64,000 bases of DNA from Paramoeba atlantica (lineage: Eukaryota > Protista > Discosea), in contig CDRNVI010000051.1 of NCBI GenBank assembly GCA_977017575.1, forward strand, positions 310,001 to 374,000, read 5' to 3'. Shown here in pieces: positions 10,342 through 20,993 of the stretch (positions are counted from its first letter, which is position 1; each line of letters begins with the position of its first letter). The translations under genes and the position numbers were made by a program. The notes beneath the pieces are model-generated. The model did not search any database, was not told the DNA's origin, and was given only the letters and a program-made list of their open reading frames with translations.

Positions 10342-10584
10342 TGTCCTCGGGGAGATGGGGTGGGGATGACGGAGGTGGTTTTAGGGGAAGAGAGGGTGGA
10401 TCGGTGTAAAGACAGACATGAGAGGGGGGAAGGAGAGCGAGAAAGGAAGGGAAAAGGGTGTATTTTCTAGAAAAGGGAAGAACTTTTTAAGGTAGCATTC
10501 TTTTACGTAATATTCTTTTACGCGGCGTCTCATGTTTTTATTCGTTTTTAATATGGTTTTAAATAGTGTGGATGAGTTATATTT

Positions 10585-10740
10585 TGGTTTCTTCGCTAAA
10601 CGCGGTGGTTGTTTTCAACTTAGAACTCACTCACGCTGCGAGCTTCGCGTTGTAAATTCAACTTAGAAGGCACCACTGCTGCTCGCTTCGCGTTCAAAAC
10701 GACCTCGGCATCTAACGAAGCGACTAAAAAAGAAAAGCTT
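10585..10740. repeat. Copy of the hairpin-capped dispersed repeat, with an internal duplication
   Basis: aaacgcggtggttgttttcaacttagaa..gctgcgagcttcgcgttg; related to 13339-13447, 19085-19170 and 30248-30312. Confidence 0.8.
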
Positions 10741-12174
10741 CTGAAAGATCATGAATAATCCTATAACTTGGGTAAAAATACACGAATTTTACCCCAGATT
10801 TTAGTCGTCTTTGATGCCTTACCAGGAGTGATACGGGGCAAATCTGATCAAAAAACGTCGTAGAATGGTAGCTGAGGTCACAAAATACGTTTTAGTTGGC
10901 GTTTTTGGAATAAGTAAGGGGAGTAATGGTACCTTGTCTTCTTCTCCTTCGCCAACCGCTCCCTCTCTCTCCGCTACATCCTATCCCCCTACCACTCCCC
11001 CATATCATGTTCCCTCTGCCCCTACCGCGCAACCTACCGCTCCAGCCTCCTCTCCAGACGTTATTCCCCTTTTACGAAAGGAAACGATGAGTACTGCTTA
11101 ATTGCAGCGTTGAGCGTCCAGCGGACCGACACAGAAACACAGAAAACGACACAGAAACACCCGGATGCACATGTTTGCCTTGGCGGCGGGCATCAGAGCC
11201 GGTAACTCAGAAGTCGCACTAAAGCCGAATTACCTTCAAGGAAATCACCTTCGCTGTTTTCTCGCAGTGGATATTTTGTTTGGGATAAAGCATATTTTTT
11301 TTTAATGCATGGGATAAAGCATACCCTGGTGGGTAATATGTGGTATTTTACCACGTATTACCAAATTTAACTGACTACTCTCGCAAGAAAGATATTCCCT
11401 ACAATTAGGATATCTAGTTCAAGAAAAGTCTTTAAACAACAGTTTAAACAACAGCTTACTGTTCTGTTCTGCACACTATGAATATAAACCACCGTCCGGG
11501 TTATTATACCTAGGGACACCTATTGTACCTCCTACGTGTAATAAGTGTCCCTAGGGTCCTTATTATACCTCCCCCCCTACCGCATCAGAGGCAGGTACAG
11601 AACTTACATGACCGTAAATTTGAATGTTGGAGGGGTCTAAAATTTGTAAAACTTGGCCCATTTTCGAAAGTTATAGCGCATTCGAGATCTCTCGAACAGG
11701 GCTCATGAACGTGCAGGCACGGAATCTGCGCTATTTGGATTTTCGATTTTTTTTACCCTTTTTACAAAGCAAAGTTGTTATACCTAGGGACACTTATTGC
11801 GGTGGTTGTATAACTACCGCTCTACCCTCGATTATTCCAAAAAAAGTGAACAAAAACAGTGAAAATCTAAAGTGGAAAACAGTCATATAATAGAAGAAAA
11901 ATTTATAAAAGGGGCTCCGGTGGTCCAAAAATTTTCAAATAAAATCGGACCCTTGGGGGGTCCATGGGGGGGGCATACCGCACGAATTTTTTTTGAAAAA
12001 AATATTTTTCGAAACAAAACCGCAGAAGGGGTAGCCGGGGTCTTGGCGCGTATTTTCCACCCCCCTACCCGGGGGTGACCCCCCCTCGTATCCGCAGGAC
12101 GGGTCCGCTAAGTTCGGATTTTTTCGAAAAAAAAATTTGAAAAAAAATTCAACTTGGCGAAAAAAATGGTAGAA

Positions 12175-12960
12175 AAAATATTGGGTGGACTATGGTGAAA
12201 ATGTACCCTAAAAAACAAATTTTTGAAAAAACATTCTAACAAAAAACAAATGTGATTTGGCATTATTCTAAGATATTCTAAGACACTTTGCGACAGTTTT
12301 CCCTGATATATACAATAAAATTCATCGATACCCTGTAAGATTATCAGTGGTAATCTCAGATTTCAAATGAACCGATTGATCTTCGTCGACACGAAGTTCC
12401 CTTACTAAACAAGATAAATGGATTACCTCATTCGCGTGCTGAGACTTTGTAGAACGTTAAAAATTAACGCAGGTTTCATAATATCGGAGTGCATCTGAAA
12501 AAAGCGGCGACGTTTGCTGAGTAATGAGTCGCCAAATACGCAATTTGGCGACTAGGCAGGATTTAGAGAGGAAAAAGGCCAAAACTTGGGAACCGTTAAA
12601 TGGCACTTTATACCGTCTTCAAGCTTTTTGAAACGTTTGTTTTTACGTGGTATCTCGCCACAGATAATACGTGGTGTATTCGCCCACACAAGTGTTTCTA
12701 AAGACATATAGGCAGATTTTCTTCCGTTTTTCGTAATATTAAGCTGAGAAACACCAAGAATGAAAACATTATGCACCCCACACGATTCATAGAGAGAAGA
12801 GGGGATTCGAAACGTGGACAAAAATGGGTGAAAAGTCAATAGAATAGCCGAATTTGATCAATGAAAGATCATTTTTGTTTCTAAAAATATAAGTGAAAAA
12901 CGGAGAAAAATTCAAAAAATTGGGGTACATTTTCACCATAGAATACCCAAAATATTATTT
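12175..12960. mobile_element. Nested inverted-repeat-bounded element inside the 2-kb element
   Basis: aatattgggtggactatggtgaaaatgtaccc (about 12177-12208) is inverted in ggggtacattttcaccatagaatacccaaaatatt (about 12922-12956). Confidence 0.65.
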
Positions 12961-12989
12961 CAACAATTTTTTCACTATTGTATTTTGAG

Positions 12990-13447
12990 GGTTTGGGACC
13001 TATACTAGCCTTCTACACCGTCGTTTTCGCCAGATACCCCTTCTTCTAGCCGTGGCACGCCTCCCAAAATGGCCCATTTTTGACCAAAAAGTGCGAAAAA
13101 GTAATTTTCGGACCCAAAAGGGTCATTTTATGTCAAAAGAATGGTGTGGTTGGAGTCGCATTCTGTACCCAATATGTTCGGTAGGCTTCCATTCACGCCT
13201 ACGAATGATTTCCCACACGCAAATATCAGATTTAGTGCTCTGAGAGCAAATATACGCAAAAATCACCCCATTTGTACTCAAAAATCGGCTATTTTTGGCT
13301 ATACTCTCTCCTTCTTCAGTTAGCCAGGCCAAATTTTCTTTTTTAGGCTCTTCGTTAAACGCGGTGGTAGTTTTCAACGCGAAGCTCGCAGCGTGAGTGA
13401 CTTCTAAGTTGAAAACAACCACCGCGTTTAACGAAGAACCTAAAAAA
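12990..13447 (+). repeat. Dispersed element of about 450 bp ending in a 109-bp hairpin; inverted diverged copy at about 19085-19510
   Basis: Spurious ORFs at 13052-13243(+) and 19258-19482(-) share SKEWCGWS..LYP..SVGFHS.LR.ISHT..SDLVL, which shows DNA homology. 40-bp arms at 13339-13378 and 13408-13447. Confidence 0.85.
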
Positions 13448-13518
13448 GATTATACCTAGGGACACTTATTATACCTCCTAGGTATAATATCCCGGACGGT
13501 GGATTAGTTTTATGTTCA

Positions 13519-14230
13519 TTGCTCTTTAGGGTGCTATTTAGCATTATTTTATTCCTCCGAAAACTTCCAATTAATGAGAGGACGATCGCCCGTCGGAAAC
13601 TTACTATTTACCTATTCCGAGACCTCTTCATCGCCCACCCGCAATCCCTCAAGACATTAACATTAAGAATGTCCTCCGGGAGGGACATTTCTGATAACAA
13701 AACTATTAAATTTCTTCCACACCGCGAGGGAATGAAGCCTCTTTCACATACTCTCTTGGCAGCATTGCCGTGCCTCGAAGCACAAACTAATGCGTCGACC
13801 GAGGGCCTTCTAAAGTTTGTGAGTGCATACGAAGGATCACGCCCTGACATTTCCCCAGACCTAATTCTTTCGAAGTTACCGTGTACCAAAAAATATCACC
13901 TGTCCGAGAAAGTCCTGGCTACCGAAATATGGGGGCTAGTTCATAAGGCGGTCTCTGAAAGTGACTTCTTTGGTCTAGCTGTGGACGGAGGAATCGATAA
14001 CGTGAAACATCAAAACATATTGGTTGGTGTTTTGCATGCAGGAGCTTAGTTTTTTCTGTCTCCGATCTATTACACGCGTTACAAAGCGTTTAATGTCTCG
14101 TCAATGGTGTCCTCGGCTTTCTTGTCGTGTAAGGAAAGTGTAACGGAAGTTCGCAGAGGAACAGTGGTGATGCTATGCTACAAGTTCTGGAGAACTTGCA
14201 GACGCATTCGACTTGCATTCATCTTTAAGT
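13519..14230 (+). pseudogene. hAT-like transposase remnant
   Basis: ALPCLEAQTNASTEGLL...IWGLVHKAVSESDFFGLAVDGGID is homologous to 34193-34981. The frame continues past TAG 14047-14049 (FFLSPIYY...). The hAT assignment is by motif only. Confidence 0.5.
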
Positions 14231-14510
14231 CTGATAATTCGGGTAAGAAAAGTCTGAAGATATTGAAGTGAGAAGTAAATCAATTTTCATTTCTTTGTGT
14301 TGGGAGCGACTAGCTTCGAAATAGAGGTAGTATTTATTGGAAATAAATAAAAATCAAGAAAAGGATAGAACTTATTTTGATGTTTTTGTTACAGTCACAT
14401 AGCGAACGTCCAGTATCCAACAGTCCAGTTGAAAACAAACACCATTACTGTTTCTTAACTCCCAAAAAGAAAATATGCGAGTACTCACTCATAATTTTCG
14501 TTGAACTCAG

Positions 14511-15113
14511 CTAATAATTCACTTCAACCCTTGTTCCAACAAACAGGTAGCTCCCAGTTCGTAGCGGATGCGGCAGGTCTCTGACACTGATGATTCCACC
14601 CATATTGCCATTGAACTCCCCATGCAAGTGCATCATTCCATTGGGCAGACTACCGAAGTCTACGTCTCCGGAAAAGTCGTTGTATCCGAATTTTAAACTC
14701 ACCAAGGTGGGGGGAAGCTGCGTTAGCTCGGGACAGCCCACAAACCGGTTATTGTCGATCGCAAGCGTCACCAGGTGCGGTGGCAACATAGTGAGATTCG
14801 TGTCCCCTTCCAGTCCGTTATGCGAGAGAATCACGTGCTCCAACGTGAGGGGAAGACAAGTCCAGGACAACTGCCCTCGGATCTGATAATCTGACCAATG
14901 CAGACGCTTCGCCCCCTGGGGGCTCACCATGACGCCTTGCCACTCGCTCAGAGGGCGATCTGGGGTCCAGGAGGGCTTGAGGTTTTCAGCGCTTTGTAGG
15001 AAATTAATCAGTTGGTACTCCTGCGGGAGGGCCGCACGACGAACTTTGGCGGGTCGTAGGGGCCCGTCTTCAGCTAGAAGACAGACGGAGAGGAAGAGGA
15101 ACTGAAACGCCAT
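14511..15113 (-). CDS. Leucine-rich repeat protein, 200 aa
   Basis: SWTPDRPLSEWQGV cap; LSHNGLEGDTNLTMLPP and IDNNRFVGCPELTQLPP repeats. Confidence 0.88.
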   Translation of the reverse strand: MAFQFLFLSVCLLAEDGPLRPAKVRRAALPQEYQLINFLQSAENLKPSWTPDRPLSEWQGVMVSPQGAKRLHWSDYQIRGQLSWTCLPLTLEHVILSHNGLEGDTNLTMLPPHLVTLAIDNNRFVGCPELTQLPPTLVSLKFGYNDFSGDVDFGSLPNGMMHLHGEFNGNMGGIISVRDLPHPLRTGSYLFVGTRVEVNY

Positions 15114-15251
15114 TGCGTGAGTCGTAAAATGGAGTAGATGGGTAAGAGAGAACGGTGTTGAGAAAAAGGTGAAATTGTAGTGAGTAATAAGGATTAAAAG
15201 GGTGTCATCATAAAATTGTACATGTGTAGAATTACATGTGGAAATGATACG

Positions 15252-15719
15252 TTACCATTCATCATGTTTTGCCCTGTTTCGCTCTCTTAGAGAGTTTTGC
15301 TTTTTTTCGTATTTTCCTGCGAGTCTATCGGCGACCTGCTCTCCTCTTTGGGATTTTCGACCCTTGCGTAGCGCCTTCTTCCTCCCCATTGTTTCATGGG
15401 TCTGCTCTTTCTCTGTTTTCTGGTTGAATGTTACGTCGAGCCTAAGCTCTCGATTCCGTCGTTTCGCTTTAGGACGCATAGGAGGCGAGTCTGTGGAAGA
15501 GGAATTATTTCGCAGAGTGGGAAATTTACCTTGTTTATGAATCCCTCGTCGCGGTCGAGTCCTCTGTCGGATATCTAGCATTGACTCTAAGTGTTTTTCA
15601 AGGTCGGTTGCTGAAATTTCTTCCCCCACAACCGACCTCTTTTTTTGTTTCTCTTTAGTATATTGTTGATGTCGCTTTTTGCGACGAAGCATGCGTGTGG
15701 GTCCCGCCTTTAATTTCAT
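15252..15719 (-). CDS. Small basic hypothetical protein, possibly Alb1-like ribosome biogenesis factor
   Basis: 155 aa, K/R-rich, in the array orientation. C-terminal RKKALRKGRKSQRGEQVADRLAGKYEKK...W loosely resembles Alb1. Confidence 0.6.
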   Translation of the reverse strand: MKLKAGPTRMLRRKKRHQQYTKEKQKKRSVVGEEISATDLEKHLESMLDIRQRTRPRRGIHKQGKFPTLRNNSSSTDSPPMRPKAKRRNRELRLDVTFNQKTEKEQTHETMGRKKALRKGRKSQRGEQVADRLAGKYEKKQNSLRERNRAKHDEW

Positions 15720-16032
15720 TTGTTACAAATTGTAAATAACACACTAGCACTTTTTTAATACACTTAACTCTTACAATAAACGAAAGACAAAAAATGTTGC
15801 AGAAAATCTATCTTGCAAAAGATCCTTGATAATTATGAGAACGTGTTCAGCACAATCGTTTTCGATGTAAGCTCATACGCCGAATCATGCTGAAAATCTC
15901 TGCGTAGCGACTCCTTATAAATAAAATCCTTTTTACGATTCGCCATCCTCAGCAAACCCCAACACAATCTTCCTTCCCAGCACTCTTCATTGACCTTACC
16001 TCTTTGTAAAAAACAGCACGCCCCTCTCCACC

Positions 16033-16754
16033 CTACCCGTACCTCTTTTTCAGCTCGGTCTGGTCCTCACTACTCACCCTCGTCCACCCCTTACTCGTGA
16101 CGACATACACCGTCACAATCCCCCCTGAAAAACAATCCCGGGTGGTGGCGTGGTAAATCGCCCGCCGGGCGAGTTCCACCCCCTCCTCCAACCCCATCCC
16201 GGGACGGTACTCCGCATCCACAACCCCATAGGCAAAAACCGACCCACTCCCCACCGCGAAGACCGAATGCGCGATCCGATCCCCCTGGTCATCCACATAG
16301 TACAACCCGTACCCTTTTTGCTGGTCATACCCCGCGACCATACTCCCCATCGACAGCCCGTAGTTACGGTAGCCGTAGGTGATATTGGCCAAAATCTTGG
16401 AGGCCGCGCCGACGGAGATGCGGGTCCCGTTGCGCAGCTCCCACAGGCGGCACTCCCGGGCGAGCACGCGGAACCAGAACTGGCAGTCCGCGGCCCCCCC
16501 GGCCATGGTCCCCAGCAGGTACGGGTTGATCTCCAGCACCTTGCGCACGGTCTGGGAGGCGACGTACTGCCCGGTGCTCGCGCGGGAGTCCACCGCGAGC
16601 ACGACCCCGGAGTCCAGGCGCATTCCCAGCGTGGTGGTCCCGTGCTTGTGGGAGAGGGGGGGGAGGGAGGCCCGGGGGAAGGGGGCGCGGGGGAGGGGGT
16701 AGGCCAGGCGGGGGAGGGGAGACGGGCGGGGCCGTGGAGGGGGCGCTCATCCAT
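16033..16754 (-). CDS. PSMB5: 20S proteasome subunit beta5; propeptide out of frame in this sequence
   Basis: HG|TTTLGMRLDSGVVLAVDSRASTG, YLLGTMAGGAADCQFW, SVGAASKILAN, GSGS, RDCFSGG. Thr1 at 16638-16636. In-frame TGA at 16747-16749 with no ATG before Thr1. Confidence 0.93.
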
Positions 16755-17457
16755 GTAGGGGGGTGGAGGGGGGAGGGGGGGGAGAAGGGGGAGGGGGGTG
16801 GAGACGGGGGGGACGGGGGAGGGGGGGATCGAGAAGGGTGGGGCAGGGCATGGGGAGTGAGGTGGGGGTAGGAAACAAAGGTGTGGAGTAGAGGATGGGT
16901 GGGGAACGGTATACGGAAGAATATTCCAGGTCAAATGTATTCTGAAAAGAGACGAAAAAAATGATTTTAGTTTTAAATCTCGATCATTTCTTTCCCATGA
17001 CGTAAAAAGATTCAGTAAAAACCTCAGTGCATGTAACCGGAGCCTCGTGGTCCAAAATTATAGAAATAACGGAGAGACTCGCAAAGTTGAAAGTGCTTCG
17101 GCGAATTTTTCGCAAGAAAAAAAAGTTTCGGAGTTAACATAAGACATATCTTCTCGCACAAGTCCACAAACCTTGATGCAAACAGAGAGATACGTGGTAT
17201 AATCTGTGGCAAAAAGGTTTTTTATAATTGTGCTAAACGGTTACACTATACCCACAGACAGTGCTAATAATATAGACCAATTTTTCTTATCCAATAAAAA
17301 ATACTGTTTAGATGCACGTTATACAATGTATCATGCACCATACATCGTATTGTATACTTCGCATTGTATTCTTCCATGATGTGATATACTTCCACAAATG
17401 TGCACTACACGATTGTGCTAGGCATTCCTTTTGGATCTATAAATTAATATTGGAAGT

Positions 17458-17540
17458 CAGTCCATGCAAAGCCTCGCTAAAACGTTTCATTCAATGAACA
17501 ATTCAAACTTCTAATTAAAATATCATCACGTAGAGGAGAT
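17458..17540. repeat. Direct repeat of about 80 bp (second copy 18708-18780)
   Basis: cagtccatgcaaagcctc...ttcaaacttctaattaaaatatcatca is present at both sites. Confidence 0.8.
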
Positions 17541-17589
17541 TTTCCATAATTCGTCCATAGAGGTCCAGATTGGTCCATAGGACAAGCCA

Positions 17590-17704
17590 ACTTTCCCTGA
17601 AACAAGACCTCGTCGGGGTCTAGTCCCACTTGCTCAATGGAGGGGACAAGATTTGGATCCAAAATTTCAGCGTACTGATGGGCATTCAAATTGCCCTCAA
17701 TCAA
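17590..17704 (-). pseudogene. Tc1 transposase internal fragment
   Basis: IEGNLNAHQYAEILDPNLVPSIEQVGLDPDEVLFQ matches the Tc1 segment just before the second Asp (FQQDND), which is missing here. Confidence 0.75.
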
Positions 17705-18180
17705 AGTGTTCTACCTACGAATGAAGTCGAGGCTGTGGTGGGTACTTTCGAAGGTAATAATAATAATAGAAATGGAAAAACTATTGGGATTGCAGGAAGT
17801 TCCTTGCAGAAACTAAAGGCGGTACATCTGCACGATCAATACCTCGGTTCTTCCTTGGCTGGCTCCGAGAACGCCGAAATGAGTTGGGCACTAGTTCGAG
17901 TTTGATGCTACGAGCATTCCCAGACTTAACTTGTATCGTCGCCAACAACTTGACGACTGGAGGAAAACTTGGGCGACACAGCCCACTACTAACCCAGCAT
18001 TGTCCATTTCCCGATCCCCACGAGTAAAAGAAGCGCGCCGCTATGCAACTCTCGATTCGACTCTTAAAGTTTTCTTTGATACCGATTCGTTGACAAAATT
18101 TCCCTGCTTGATTTTTAAACCATCAACTCTCACAAAGTGAGCATCTTCAACGGCAATGTGGGGGAAAATTTCAGGTAACT

Positions 18181-18370
18181 ATGAGTTACGTATCAAAAAT
18201 TATGAAGCGCGAGGAACTCAGTGTCCGGGCTATCAAACGATGTTCGACTTTGTCGGACAATGAGATTTTCGCAAAGGCTCTACGATTTCATACATCAGTA
18301 TTTAAACATCTTCCTTTCGTCGACGGAGTTATAAATATTGATGAAATACCTCAGAGCATGAGCGGTCGTA
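18181..18370 (+). pseudogene. pogo-like transposase fragment (end of the CENP-B-type HTH to the first catalytic Asp)
   Basis: YVSKIMKREELSVRAIKR...KALRFH...VINIDEIP resembles the pogo F(M)KRHxLSxR...IxNxDETP pattern. Confidence 0.6.
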
Positions 18371-20993
18371 TGGGAGCTTTTCAGTCAAGGAGCCCCTTTG
18401 TATTTTCTTCTATTATAGAAAATTTATTACTGTGTTCCTCTTATATTTTCACTGTTTTTGTTCACTTTTTTTTCAATAATCGAGTGTAGAGCGGAAGTTA
18501 TACAACCACCGCAATTAGTATTACAAAAAATTATTGTAATACTAATGGGAGGTGGGGTTTACGTTAAAAAGGGAAAAATTAGCAAGAATTAGCAAGAATT
18601 TTGAGGAATTAGAAACAAAAACGATCAAAATCCGGGTAAATGTCTGTAAACGATGCGCCGTAAGAAGACTTTGTAAATATATAGATTGATTGTATATTTC
18701 ATGCATCAGTCCATGCAAAGCCTCAAAGATGTTTCATGTAGCTGTTCAAACTTCTAATTAAAATATCATCATGCAAAGAAAGAATATGTTTACAGGTCCA
18801 GTAATATGCACTAACGACTAACGTAGTGAATCATAAGCTTCATCACACATGTTTCTGTCTCTTCGCCATTGATAAAATGGCATCTAGTGGAAAACAATAC
18901 ATAAGACCAGTATGTACAATAAGAGGGTTGAAACTTATGAAACGCAAACCTGACAAATACTACATGTTTACTTGATCTTCATCTTGCACTTCAGATGTAT
19001 TGCAGCTGAGAAATTTTGAATCTTCCCATCCCGCCTTTATATTTAGAAGATAATATTTATACGCCTTTATACTTAGAAGATACGCCTTTATATTTAGAAG
19101 TCACTCATGCTGCGCGCTTCGCGTTGAAAACTACCACCGCGTTTAACGAAGAGTCTAAAAAAGAAAACTTAGCCTGGAAAGCTGAAAACAGAAAGATTAT
19201 AGCCAAAAATAGCCAAAACTTGGGTAAAAATGGGGTAATTTTTGCGTATATTTGCTCTCAGAGCACTAAATCCGACATTCGCGTGTGGGAGATCACTCGT
19301 AGGCATGAATGAAAGCCTACGGAACGTGTTGGGTAGAGAACGTGACTCCATCCGCACCATTCTTTCGAAAAAGGCCCCTTGAGGTCCGAAAAATACTTTT
19401 CCACCTTTTTTAACCAAAAGTGTGTCATTTTGGGGGGCATACCACGGATCGAAGAAGGGATATCTGGCGAAAATAACTGCAAAGAAAGCTAGTATAAGTC
19501 AGAAACTGTCAAAAACAATAGGGTTACATTAATAAGTATAAATTTGTAATTATTTATGGTTTATAATCCTTTCATAGTGTTTTCATAATTATAAATTGTT
19601 TTTAAGCGTTTTGGTTTATTCGCATGTCATCTCATTGGTTTACTCGCACGACGGGGGAAAAGGCGACAAGATCACAACGTAGGCAGTATTGAACAATTTA
19701 CTAGCCTATCCGGCCGACCCCCCCTCGATGGATGGAGAAAAAGCGGCGTTTTCTTACATCCCGTTCAGAAAATGGAGAGGAAAATTCTTTTTTTAGAGAA
19801 CGCTTAATAAATATGTTCAAATCATTTGCGAGTGAACATGAATCTCTTTTTCTCAGTTACGTCGAAACTTCATTGCATGAAGAGCGTAACAAGTTCATTA
19901 TTGCGGAGCGCAAGGGGGTGTCAAATGATAGCATGTAAATTTCATGGAGGTTTATTTAGTCTTAACGGCGACGGCACACCAGTTTTCTGGGACGATAATT
20001 CTACGCCGTCAATTTTCGTTATCTTTTTGTTGGACGGCGCGAAGCACTGATGCGCCGCGTTCAATAAGTGTTGAAAGTAGTGATGCTCTTCTCGCTGAAG
20101 ACGAAGATTCTGAACATGTGGACATGTCACATTGCGTAAAGAAGCAATTCGCCTCCAACGTGAAGATTTGTCTGTGCGATTCCGTGGATTATTTCATGCA
20201 TCAATCAGAGTACTTTGTGCGTCGCCCGTTGTGGGCAATTCTCGTCCGATCCATAATTACTGCGGTGAAAAATCATTGCACATTTAATTAGTGCAATAAC
20301 TAATTTTTAATTTTTTTGTGGAGAAATTCTTCATTTTTGATTACTTTTTCCTGCTATGGCCCCGTCGCAGTCGACACTTGCCTCAAACAATTTTTACATA
20401 TCACGGCATGTGGCAGATCTTGTGGAGGAACTTGAAGCAAAACGCTCATCGCGCAAAGCAAAGAGATAAATAAGTGGAGTGGTGAAGAAGTACGTGAATT
20501 CCAAGCACTTTGTGAGAGTCGTTCCGTTTTGTCAAAATCTGCATGCTAGTCAAAATTTGACTAGCATGCAGATTTGGAATCAAACGCACAGTAAGAAAAT
20601 GTCTGAACGAAGTGCCTATGCTTTGAAAGACCATGCTCCTTCCGGTAAACGTGCCGAAAAGACATGCTTACGGATGCAGAAAAGAATTATGTTTTAGATG
20701 GCATTAAGATGTACAATGTGTTAAACAAACCTGTTTGGTGCATACTTGGTTACAAGCATGGCTCGAGGGATATTGTGTAGAGATCGGTCTGAACTTTCTG
20801 GGTCATAAGCTGCTCTTGGGCAGGCAGATTCTTGCGTGACAACGGATCTACTGTCCGAGCCTCTACATCCGATTACACGGTTTCCCCTCCTGAAGTGAAG
20901 AAGGCTGGTTTGTAAAAAGTATTCCCACATTCTCTCAGAACTCATGTTTTATGTGGATGAATTGTTCTGTAAGCTATATGACACAAACCGCGA

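Larger units (their letters stand above)
11487..13504. mobile_element. 2.0-kb non-autonomous TIR element flanked by TA (Tc1/pogo-type), containing nested repeats
   Basis: TA|aaccaccgtccgggttattatacctagg ... cctaggtataatatcccggacggtggat|TA; no transposase ORF inside. Confidence 0.85.
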
